DNA of 42,608 bases from a virus (Duplodnaviria > Caudoviricetes). The DNA lies in IMG/VR virus record IMGVR_UViG_3300006164_001685, positions 1 through 42,608 of that record; one strand, written 5' to 3'. Shown piece after piece: positions 19,066-27,975 of the stretch. The notes beneath the pieces were generated by a model. That model saw nothing but the letters and a program-made list of their open reading frames with translations. It made no database searches and had not been told where the DNA came from. Numbering within the stretch: the stretch's first letter is position 1; the number at the start of each line of letters is the position of its first letter. A program made the translations under genes and the position numbers.

Positions 19066-19677
19066 ATGAGTAATATAGATTTTGAAAATTTAGAAGAAAA
19101 GTTTGAAAAAACGTTAGCTACAAAACAGTGGAAACAATTTGAAAAAGATTTTGCTGCTAGCAGCGATATATATTTAGTTGCTAACGGCGGCTTATGGGGA
19201 GTTGCAAACCATGCAGCGGATGATTGTACAAGATTGTTTGCAAAAGCTGGGATTGTAAAAAATGTTAAGACATTAGATAGCCAATGCTTAATAACAAGTA
19301 TAGCAAATGATTATGGATATAACAATTTATTCATAAGTTGGTTAGAATTACAAAAGAAAACAGGTGCAATGAAAAAAGATGCAATGATTGTTGCTTTATC
19401 ATGCTCCGGCGGATCTAAAAATGTAGTTTCATGTTGTCATTGGGCAAAGAAAAATGGATTTAAAACTGCTATGATAGCTGGACAAGATAGACAATTATTA
19501 GAACCAGATGTTAATAATGTAGTATTAGATTGTAACTATTTTCATACGGTAGAAGTATTATCATTAATTTTATTTTATGATTTAATACATGCATGCGGCG
19601 CAGAATGTCCTTCAATTAAAGCTGAAGTTATAAGAAAAGGAACAGCTTTGCCATTATCTAGAAATCCTTTAAAGTAA
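19066..19677 (+). CDS. SIS-domain phosphosugar isomerase (GmhA-like)
   Basis: ANGG..ANHAA, ITSIANDYGY, LSCSGGSKNV. Confidence 0.8.
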   Translation: MSNIDFENLEEKFEKTLATKQWKQFEKDFAASSDIYLVANGGLWGVANHAADDCTRLFAKAGIVKNVKTLDSQCLITSIANDYGYNNLFISWLELQKKTGAMKKDAMIVALSCSGGSKNVVSCCHWAKKNGFKTAMIAGQDRQLLEPDVNNVVLDCNYFHTVEVLSLILFYDLIHACGAECPSIKAEVIRKGTALPLSRNPLK

Positions 19678-20351
19678 TGTTTGACTTTTCAAATAAAACC
19701 ATTTTAGTAACAGGCGGTACTGGTGGGATAGGAAGTGCAGTAGCTGCACTATTCGATCAATTTAAAGGCAATGTTATAGTTACTAATTCTAAACTTGCTG
19801 ACTTTAAATCTAATGAGAGTATTATAAGACTACTAGAAGAATTACCTGATATTGACATTTGGGTAAATTGTGCTGGCATTAATACTATTGATGAACTCCA
19901 TGATATTAAAGATGAAGATTTTGATGATATTATGCAGGTAAATGTTAAAGCACCATTTTTAATTTCAAAGCATGTATCTAAGCATATGAAAAAACAAAAA
20001 AGTGGAAAGATAGTTAACATTGCATCCATTTGGGGAGATAAAACAATATCAAAAAGATTGTCATATACAACATCGAAGTCTGCATTAATAGGAATGACAA
20101 AAACATTAGCTGTTGAATTAGCAAAATATAATATACAAGTTAATACAGTGTCACCTGGATTTACTAATACTAAATTAACAAATGGTATATTATCAAAAAA
20201 ACAAATAAAAGAATTAGTTTCAAATGTACCGATGGGTAGGATGGCAGACCCATCTGAAATTGCTAGAATTGTAATGTTTCTATGTAGTAATCAAAATACA
20301 TATATTACCGGACAAAATATCATAGTAGACGGAGGTTTCTCTATTACATGA
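19677..20351 (+). CDS. short-chain dehydrogenase/reductase
   Basis: TGGTGGIG, NCAG, YTTSK, NTVSPG, ITGQNIIVDGG. Confidence 0.9.
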   Translation: MFDFSNKTILVTGGTGGIGSAVAALFDQFKGNVIVTNSKLADFKSNESIIRLLEELPDIDIWVNCAGINTIDELHDIKDEDFDDIMQVNVKAPFLISKHVSKHMKKQKSGKIVNIASIWGDKTISKRLSYTTSKSALIGMTKTLAVELAKYNIQVNTVSPGFTNTKLTNGILSKKQIKELVSNVPMGRMADPSEIARIVMFLCSNQNTYITGQNIIVDGGFSIT

Positions 20352-21346
20352 AAATAAAGTCATCAATACGTAACTACACAGTAGAATTTAATAATAACTT
20401 TATTAAATCTATCGGTCAAATATATAATGATGGTGACATTATCATATTTGATAATATGTTATATACTTCAGAGTTAGAGAAATATACATGTATAGAATTA
20501 AATAATGTAACAGAACAAACAAAAGACTTTAATAATATATCTGCTATAATAAATTCTATTATTGGAAAATTTAATAAAAAAAATAAACTAATTGCAGTAG
20601 GCGGAGGTATTACACAAGATGTTGTAGGATTTATTTCTTCAATATTATTTCGAGGAGTTGAATGGGTATTTTATCCTACTACATTATTAGCTCAAGGCGA
20701 TAGCTGTATTGGCGGCAAAACTTCAATTAATTTTAATACATATAAAAATCAATTAGGTAATTTTTATCCTCCATATAAAGTTATTGTGTGTAATGAATTT
20801 CTAGATACTCTTACAGAAATAGATATTAAATCTGGATTAGGTGAAATGTTACACTTCTTTTTAGTATCAAGTAAAGCTGATTATGAATTTTTTCTAAAAA
20901 ATCAACATGACTTTAAAAAATTAACTACAAGATGTTTAGACATTAAACGAACATATGTAGAAATAGATGAATTTGATAAAAAAGAACGATTAATATTAAA
21001 TTATGGTCATACTTTTGGACATGCTATTGAATCAGTTACAAATAACGAAATTGCACACGGTATAGCAGTTTCAGTTGGAATGGATGTATCTAATTTTATT
21101 TCATATAGAAAAGGATATATAACATTTGAATTATTTAAAAGAATACAAAAAACGTTGAGTAGTATATATCATAATATTAAGTTGCCTAATATAGAACAAT
21201 TAATTATTGCTTTACAAAAAGATAAAAAGAATATTAGTAATAAATTAAATTGTGTGTTAACAAAAGCTCCTGGTAATATGTTTTTAGAAGAAGTTGAATA
21301 TAGTGAAATAGAATTATATCTTACGGAGTATAATGCTACAAGATAA
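20348..21346 (+). CDS. 3-dehydroquinate synthase-like sugar-phosphate cyclase
   Basis: GGGITQD, PTTLLAQGDSCIGGKTSIN, KNQLGNF, GLGE, NYGHTFGHAIE, HGIAV metal ligands. Confidence 0.88.
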   Translation: MKIKSSIRNYTVEFNNNFIKSIGQIYNDGDIIIFDNMLYTSELEKYTCIELNNVTEQTKDFNNISAIINSIIGKFNKKNKLIAVGGGITQDVVGFISSILFRGVEWVFYPTTLLAQGDSCIGGKTSINFNTYKNQLGNFYPPYKVIVCNEFLDTLTEIDIKSGLGEMLHFFLVSSKADYEFFLKNQHDFKKLTTRCLDIKRTYVEIDEFDKKERLILNYGHTFGHAIESVTNNEIAHGIAVSVGMDVSNFISYRKGYITFELFKRIQKTLSSIYHNIKLPNIEQLIIALQKDKKNISNKLNCVLTKAPGNMFLEEVEYSEIELYLTEYNATR

Positions 21347-22244
21347 GTCAAAATCAATATTAATAACAGGCGGAAGTAGTATGGTTGCAACTCATATGAA
21401 AGAAATACTTCCTAGCGGATTTAATGTTATGTATATCGATAGTAGTTATTGTGACTTAACTGATCCTAAAGCAGTAAAATGGTTAATTTCTTCAATTATG
21501 CCTGATCATGTAATACATTTAGCTGCTAAAGTAGGCGGCATACAAGATAATATAAAATATCCAGCTGAATACTTTAATGAAAATATTTTAATGAATACTA
21601 TATTAATAAAGGTATGTCAAGAATATAATATAAAAAGATTTACCGGAATATTAAGTACATGTATTTATCCAGACGTAGTAGATACATATCCAATGACAGA
21701 ATTAGATATACATAAAGGTCCACCAGCTCCAACTAATTTTAGTTATGGATACTCAAAAAGAGCTATGGCTGTACAAATTGACTCTCATAATAAACAATAC
21801 GGTACAAAATATAATTATTTAATTCCATGTAACTTATTTGGAGAACATGATAATTTTAATCATACTACTAAAATGCATTTTATTACTGCATTACTTAAAA
21901 AGATAAAAGATTCAGATAAAGAATTACGTTTATTAGGTACTGGCAAACCGTTAAGGCAATTTATGTATGCAGGTGATTTAGCAAAAATATTAATTAAAGT
22001 AATTGATAAAGACATTACAGACAGTTTTAATATAGCACCAGACTGGAATTATAGTATAAATGAAATGGCTGAAAAAACTTTGGATATATTAAAAAAAGAT
22101 CTTAATATTATATATAGCAAACCAGAATTAGATGGCCAATATAGAAAAGATGTATCTAATAATAAAATGAAATCTATATTACCAAATTTTAAATTTACTA
22201 GTTTTAAAGACGGAATACTAAAATCATATGACAAAATTAGTTAG
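21333..22244 (+). CDS. GDP-L-fucose synthase/ColC-type epimerase-reductase
   Basis: HLAAKVGGI, STCIYP, YGYSK, HF, GTGKPLRQF. Rossmann loop is degenerate (GGSSMVA). Confidence 0.88.
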   Translation: MLQDKSKSILITGGSSMVATHMKEILPSGFNVMYIDSSYCDLTDPKAVKWLISSIMPDHVIHLAAKVGGIQDNIKYPAEYFNENILMNTILIKVCQEYNIKRFTGILSTCIYPDVVDTYPMTELDIHKGPPAPTNFSYGYSKRAMAVQIDSHNKQYGTKYNYLIPCNLFGEHDNFNHTTKMHFITALLKKIKDSDKELRLLGTGKPLRQFMYAGDLAKILIKVIDKDITDSFNIAPDWNYSINEMAEKTLDILKKDLNIIYSKPELDGQYRKDVSNNKMKSILPNFKFTSFKDGILKSYDKIS

Positions 22245-23382
22245 TGACACAATAAATAGAGATGATATAAATGCTCTAATAGAATGGCTACAACAAGATC
22301 CAATCCCTAGGCTAACAAAAGGGGATCTGACTTCTAAACTCGAAAAGAAGTGGGCTAAAAAGATAGGAACAAAATATTCAGTATATGTTAATTCTGGTTC
22401 ATCTGCTATATTATTAGCATTAGCAGCACTAAATGAATCAGATAGATTAAAAAATAATAAAATAGTTGTTCCTGCATTGAGTTGGGCAACTGATGTAAGT
22501 TCTCCCATGTTATTAGGTTTAGATCCTATAATGTGCGATTGTAACTTAGAAGATCTATCTTGTGATCTAAAAGAATTAGAATCTATTTTTAAACAAAACA
22601 ATCCAGCTGCATTAATTTTAGTGTCTCCATTAGGATTAGTCCCTAGAATGCAAGAAGTTATAGAGTTATGTAAAAAATATGATGTTAAATTATTAGAAGA
22701 TGTATGTGAAAGTATGGGATCTAAATATAATAATAAATACTTAGGTTCGTTTGGGTTTGCATCTTTCTTTTCTATGTATTTTGGACATCATCTATCAACT
22801 ATAGAAGGCGGCTTTATAAATACTAATGATGAAGATTTTTATCATATGTTATTAATGATGAGAAGTCACGGCTGGGATAGAGATTTACCAAAGTGGAAAC
22901 AAGACGAATTGCGTAAAGAAAATGATTGTAGTAATTTTGATGCATTATATAATTTTTATGTACCTGGATTTAATTTACGAGCTACTGATTTGCAAGCATT
23001 TATTGGTCTTCGTGCAATTGATAAATTAGATAATTATGTTGTTAAAAGAACAAATAATTTTAATACATATAATTCATGGATTACAAATAATAAATTAAAT
23101 TTAGATAATCATACTTATAATACTATATCAAACTTTGCTATGCCAATTATGCATACACACCGAGATAATATAGTAAAAGACTTAATATCAGCTGATATTG
23201 AAGTAAGACCTTTAATAGCAGGTAATATGGCATCCAAACCAATGTGGAAAGACAAATATACAATTCCAAAATTACCAAATGCTGAATTAATAGAAAAATA
23301 TGGATTTTATGTACCAAATCATCAAGATTTAACATCACAAGAATTATCACAAATAACAGATATAATTAATAGTTATGAATAA
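22228..23382 (+). CDS. colD: GDP-4-keto-6-deoxymannose 3-dehydratase (ColD-like)
   Basis: VNSGSSA, SWAT, LEDVCESMG, YFGHHLSTIEGG (His replaces the PLP Lys), RSHGW, PGFNLR; flanked by fcl/colC-like gene and gmd. Confidence 0.75.
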   Translation: MTKLVSDTINRDDINALIEWLQQDPIPRLTKGDLTSKLEKKWAKKIGTKYSVYVNSGSSAILLALAALNESDRLKNNKIVVPALSWATDVSSPMLLGLDPIMCDCNLEDLSCDLKELESIFKQNNPAALILVSPLGLVPRMQEVIELCKKYDVKLLEDVCESMGSKYNNKYLGSFGFASFFSMYFGHHLSTIEGGFINTNDEDFYHMLLMMRSHGWDRDLPKWKQDELRKENDCSNFDALYNFYVPGFNLRATDLQAFIGLRAIDKLDNYVVKRTNNFNTYNSWITNNKLNLDNHTYNTISNFAMPIMHTHRDNIVKDLISADIEVRPLIAGNMASKPMWKDKYTIPKLPNAELIEKYGFYVPNHQDLTSQELSQITDIINSYE

Positions 23383-24361
23383 ACGAGCATTAATAACTGG
23401 AATAAATGGACAAGATGGTTCATATCTAGCAGAATTTTTATTAGGAAAAGGATATGAAGTTTGGGGAATATTAAAACGTAATTCAGTTGCAGAAAATCAA
23501 ACAGCTAGAATTCCAGACAATATATTTAAACAACTTAAATTAGAATATGCTGATATGACTGATATGGCATCACTAATTAAAGTATTACAAAAAGCTCAGC
23601 CTGATGAAATATATAATTTAGCAGCACAGAGTCATGTAAGAATAAGTTTTGATCAACCTATCTATACAGCTAATGCAACAGGTATGGGTACATTGAATTT
23701 ATTAGAAGCTGTAAGACTAACTTGTAAAAATACAAGAATTTATCAAGCCGGCAGTTCAGAAATGTTTGGTAATAATATAGACTCAGACGGATATCAAAGA
23801 GAAACAACTCCAATGGCACCAGTTTCGCCATATGGATGTGCTAAAGTATTTTCACATAATATATGTACCAATTATAGAAATGCATATAATATGTTTATTA
23901 GTAATGGTATTCTATTTAATCATGAATCTCCTAGAAGAGGAACAAATTTTGTTACTAATAAAGTAGTTAAAGAAGCAGTTAAGATTAAATGTGGGTTATC
24001 AACTAAACTAACATTAGGTAATTTAGATGCTAGTAGAGATTGGGGTCATGCCAAAGATTATGTAAAATGTATGTGGTTAATGCTGCAGCATGATACGCCA
24101 GATGACTTTGTTTGTGCAACTGGTATATCTCATACGGTACAAGACTTAGTAGAATATGTTTTTGGTAAATTAGATTTAGATTATACACAATATATTAAGT
24201 TAGACGAAAAATTTTATAGAGCTGAAGAATTAAAATTTCTTAAAGGCGATTGTTCTAAAGCTAAAAAAATATTAGGTTGGAATCATGAATATACATTTGA
24301 AACCATGTTAGACGAAATGATACAATATTGGGAAAACTTACCAGTAAAAAATATATTTTAG
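23375..24361 (+). CDS. gmd: GDP-mannose 4,6-dehydratase
   Basis: GINGQDGSYLAE, NLAAQSHV, SPYGCAK, FNHESPRRG, RDWGHAKDY. Confidence 0.95.
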   Translation: MNKRALITGINGQDGSYLAEFLLGKGYEVWGILKRNSVAENQTARIPDNIFKQLKLEYADMTDMASLIKVLQKAQPDEIYNLAAQSHVRISFDQPIYTANATGMGTLNLLEAVRLTCKNTRIYQAGSSEMFGNNIDSDGYQRETTPMAPVSPYGCAKVFSHNICTNYRNAYNMFISNGILFNHESPRRGTNFVTNKVVKEAVKIKCGLSTKLTLGNLDASRDWGHAKDYVKCMWLMLQHDTPDDFVCATGISHTVQDLVEYVFGKLDLDYTQYIKLDEKFYRAEELKFLKGDCSKAKKILGWNHEYTFETMLDEMIQYWENLPVKNIF

Positions 24362-24370
24362 GAAATAATA

Positions 24371-25318
24371 ATGAAAAAAATAGTATATGTAACAGGGTGT
24401 TTAGGATTTATAGGATCATATGTAACAAGATTATGTCTTAAACGTGGATGGTATGTTAAAGGCATTGATAAAATGACGTATGCTGCTAATACAGATTTAT
24501 TAGATGAATTTAATAAATACAATAATTTTTCATTTGTAAAATGCGATATTAATGATTTAGAATTTTTATATGAATGTGATTACATTATTAATACCGCAGC
24601 TGAAACTCATGTAGGCAATAGCATAGTGGATAATAATGATTTTATACACTCTAATATAAATGGTGTACATAATATATTAGAACTTATAAGAAATTATAGA
24701 GCAGAAGGAAAATCTATACCAACACTAATTCATTTCAGTACCGATGAAGTATATGGGGATATTGATACTGGTATGCATAACGAAGAACATTTATTAAAAC
24801 CTAGTAATCCATATTCAGCAACTAAAGCTGCAGCTGATCAATTAATTTTGGCATGGGCAAGAACATATAATTTACCATATGTAATTGTTAGACCAACTAA
24901 TAATTACGGTGTTGGACAATATGTTGAAAAGTTAATTCCAAAAGCAATAAAGTATTTAGAATTAGGTAGAAAAATACCACTACATAATAATGGAAGTCCA
25001 GTACGTACTTGGTTACATGCAGATGATACTGCTAAAGCAATACTAACTATTATTGATAATAATAAATCAAATGAAATATATAATATTTCTGGCGGATTTG
25101 AACAAACAAATTTGGAAACTATTAAAAAAATACTTAAATTATATAAAATATCTGATATATACGACTACGTAGATTTAAGTTACAGTCGACCAGGCCAAGA
25201 CATTAGATATTCATTAGATGATTCAAAACTAAAATTATTAGGATGGAAACCTAAATTAAAATTTGATATTGAATTATATGATATAATAAAATATTATAAA
25301 GATAAATTTATATGGTAA
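24371..25318 (+). CDS. rfbB: dTDP-glucose 4,6-dehydratase (RmlB-like)
   Basis: GCLGFIG, AAETHV, STDEVYG, PSNPYSATK, NNYG..Q..EKLIP, RPGQD.RY. Confidence 0.85.
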   Translation: MKKIVYVTGCLGFIGSYVTRLCLKRGWYVKGIDKMTYAANTDLLDEFNKYNNFSFVKCDINDLEFLYECDYIINTAAETHVGNSIVDNNDFIHSNINGVHNILELIRNYRAEGKSIPTLIHFSTDEVYGDIDTGMHNEEHLLKPSNPYSATKAAADQLILAWARTYNLPYVIVRPTNNYGVGQYVEKLIPKAIKYLELGRKIPLHNNGSPVRTWLHADDTAKAILTIIDNNKSNEIYNISGGFEQTNLETIKKILKLYKISDIYDYVDLSYSRPGQDIRYSLDDSKLKLLGWKPKLKFDIELYDIIKYYKDKFIW

Positions 25319-25333
25319 TAAAAAGAAAGTAAT

Positions 25334-26032
25334 ATGGCATTTTTTAGAATAACACATAATAAATTCGAAGAAAATTTTAATTTTGACGAATTTGATACAA
25401 TGCATCCAGACGAATGGAAAAATGATAATAGGATTAAAGAAAGTGGATGGGAATCAAGATATGAATATGAAGCTTCATTAATAAATAATTTAATTACAGA
25501 AAATCCTAATATAAAAAATGTATTAGAGATTGGTTCAGGTCCTGGTATATTATCACAAAAAATACAAGATACTCATACTGATTTAAATTATCATTTAATT
25601 GATAAAAAATATGCTAAACAATATTTTGAAGAGCATAATTTTAAAGGTACTTTTTTTGAAAAGGATTTATCTAATAGTTTTGATACAACTGGATTATTGG
25701 ACAAATATGATTTAGTTATTACAAATGATTTTTTAGAACATGTATTAAATCCTTCTATAATTGTACAAACTATATATAAATTAACTAACAAAGATTCATT
25801 TTATTTTATAAGTAATCCAAATTGGAGAATGGCACATCAATGGGTATACAGAGGTCTATTTGATTTTGATAATTTTTTATACTTTTTATATACACATAAA
25901 TTCAAATCAATTGGATTTTATGGATCTCCACTAAAAACACCAGATTATCCTAGAATAGATAGTGAAAGTCAATTACCAAATGAATCTCTAAGAGATTGGA
26001 ATCATTATATTATATTTAAACAACGAGATTAG
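25334..26032 (+). CDS. class I SAM-dependent methyltransferase
   Basis: VLEIGSGPG motif I; YDLVITNDFLEHV. Confidence 0.85.
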   Translation: MAFFRITHNKFEENFNFDEFDTMHPDEWKNDNRIKESGWESRYEYEASLINNLITENPNIKNVLEIGSGPGILSQKIQDTHTDLNYHLIDKKYAKQYFEEHNFKGTFFEKDLSNSFDTTGLLDKYDLVITNDFLEHVLNPSIIVQTIYKLTNKDSFYFISNPNWRMAHQWVYRGLFDFDNFLYFLYTHKFKSIGFYGSPLKTPDYPRIDSESQLPNESLRDWNHYIIFKQRD

Positions 26033-26033
26033 T

Positions 26034-26654
26034 ATGAATAAATTAAAGACCCAAATATTAGAAATTGCTTATAAACATAAACTAAGCCATTTAGGAAGTT
26101 ATTTTTCTTCTGTTGATATTATTGATAAAATATATAAAACAAAAAATAAAGAAGATGTATTTATACTTTCATCTGGACATGCTGCTGTAGCACTATATGT
26201 AGTATTAGAAAAATATGAAGGAGTAAATGCTGAAGAATTATTTATAAAACATGGAGGTCATCCACATAGAGATGAAGAAAATGGAATATACTGTTCTACT
26301 GGTAGTTTAGGAATGGGTATAACAGTTGCAGTTGGCAGAGCAATGGCAAATAAGAATAGAAAAGTATATGTTTTAATAAGTGATGGAGAATGTGCCGAAG
26401 GATCTATTTGGGAGTCGTTACGATATATACAAGAAGCAAATTTATCAAATATAGAAGTATATGTAAACATAAATGGATATGCGGCATATGATAAAATAGA
26501 TAGTAAATACTTAACAGATAGATTAAAATCATTCTTGCCAAATATTAATATTGAATATACCACAGTAAATCAATTACCTTGTCTAAAAGGTTTAAATGCA
26601 CATTATCATATTATGAGTGAACAAGATTATAAACAAGCAAAGGAATTATTATGA
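26034..26654 (+). CDS. transketolase-like TPP-binding (N-terminal) subunit
   Basis: SHLGS, LSSGHA, TGSLGMG, SDGECAEGSIWE...NIN. Confidence 0.88.
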   Translation: MNKLKTQILEIAYKHKLSHLGSYFSSVDIIDKIYKTKNKEDVFILSSGHAAVALYVVLEKYEGVNAEELFIKHGGHPHRDEENGIYCSTGSLGMGITVAVGRAMANKNRKVYVLISDGECAEGSIWESLRYIQEANLSNIEVYVNINGYAAYDKIDSKYLTDRLKSFLPNINIEYTTVNQLPCLKGLNAHYHIMSEQDYKQAKELL

Positions 26655-27121
26655 GAAAAGAGTTTGCAGAATTTTTATATAACGAAATGTCATCTAATGA
26701 AAAGATACATTTAATTACTGGCGATTTAGGATATGGACTATGGGATAAAATTAAATTAGACTATCCAGATCGATTTCATAATGTATTATCTGCAGAACAA
26801 TTAATGATTGGAGCTGCAACTGGAATGGCAATGGAAGGCAAAATTCCTGTTGTATATTCAATTACTCCATTCCTATTATATAGGCCGTTTGAATTTTTAA
26901 GAAACTATCTACATCACGAAAATATACCCGTTAAACTAGTAGGCGGCGGAAGAGACAAAGATTATGGATATTTAGGATTTTCTCATTGGGCAGAAGAAGA
27001 TTTAAAAGTTATTGATATATTAAATAATATAATAGCATATAAACCAAATAAATTATCCACAAAGACATTAGAAGATTTTTTATATAATAATAAACCTAGT
27101 TATTTAAATTTAAAAAGATGA
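26651..27121 (+). CDS. transketolase-like pyrimidine-binding subunit (no C-terminal domain)
   Basis: TGDLG, AEQLMIGAATGMA, RPFE, GFSH; only 156 aa. Confidence 0.85.
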   Translation: MRKEFAEFLYNEMSSNEKIHLITGDLGYGLWDKIKLDYPDRFHNVLSAEQLMIGAATGMAMEGKIPVVYSITPFLLYRPFEFLRNYLHHENIPVKLVGGGRDKDYGYLGFSHWAEEDLKVIDILNNIIAYKPNKLSTKTLEDFLYNNKPSYLNLKR

Positions 27122-27975
27122 ATGTATTAATTACTGGTGGAAATGGGTTTATAGGTCGTAGTTTACGTTCGTCTAACCTAATATCTAAACATAATATGAT
27201 ATTTACGACTCGTAAAGATTTAAATGTATTAGATAAAGAATGTATAGAAAAATTTATCAAAGATAATAGTATTAATGTAATCATACATACTGCAATAAAA
27301 GGACATCCAGGGGATGATTCAAAATATACATTATCAGAAAATTTATCAGCTGATTTAAATATATTACAAATGAATAATTTAGTTGATCGAATAATAATAT
27401 TTGGTTCAGGAGCTGAATATAATCGATCAACTAACATAGATCAAGTCACCGAGTCTGATCAGATTATTACTCCTACGGATTATTATAGTTTAGGTAAATA
27501 TACTACTAGTAGAGCAGCTACTTTAATTGACAATGTATATAACCTACGTTTATTTGGATGTTTTGGCCCATTAGAAAATGACTCTAGATTTATAAAAAAT
27601 AATATTAACAAAGTATTTAATCATTGTAGCATATCAATACAAAAAGATCGATATTTTGATTTTTTTTATATAGATGATTTAATAAAATTAATTGATTATT
27701 ATATAGAGTCTGGTTCAGTATATAAAGAAATTAATTGTGTATATGATAAAAAATATAAATTATCTGATATAGCAAATATAATAAAAACAGAATTAAGAAA
27801 AAAAGACCCAATAATATTATTAAATGATAAAGATGTATTAGATACATCATATACAGCAACTGCTAATAATATTAAAAATTTAAAATCAACAAGTTCATAT
27901 GAAATAAATTTTAAAGGACTTGTACAAGGCATAAAAGAAATGATAACAATAAAGGAAATAAATGAAAAAAATTAG
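27118..27975 (+). CDS. NAD-dependent NDP-sugar epimerase/reductase (extended SDR)
   Basis: TGGNGFIG, GSGAEY, YSLGK, LRLFGCFG. Confidence 0.85.
   Translation: MNVLITGGNGFIGRSLRSSNLISKHNMIFTTRKDLNVLDKECIEKFIKDNSINVIIHTAIKGHPGDDSKYTLSENLSADLNILQMNNLVDRIIIFGSGAEYNRSTNIDQVTESDQIITPTDYYSLGKYTTSRAATLIDNVYNLRLFGCFGPLENDSRFIKNNINKVFNHCSISIQKDRYFDFFYIDDLIKLIDYYIESGSVYKEINCVYDKKYKLSDIANIIKTELRKKDPIILLNDKDVLDTSYTATANNIKNLKSTSSYEINFKGLVQGIKEMITIKEINEKN

Noticed and set aside
19677-20351. fabG fatty-acid reductase
   Set aside because: Generic SDR motifs only; the context is sugar/cyclitol biosynthesis with no fab genes.
20348-21346. Housekeeping aroB / shikimate auxiliary metabolic gene
   Set aside because: No other aro genes in the window and it is translationally coupled within sugar genes. 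Kept as a cyclase of unknown substrate, so no gene symbol was given.
26034-27121. Frameshifted transketolase pseudogene
   Set aside because: The second part has its own AAGGA SD and ATGA coupling, and the split falls at the natural domain boundary, as in two-subunit TPP enzymes.
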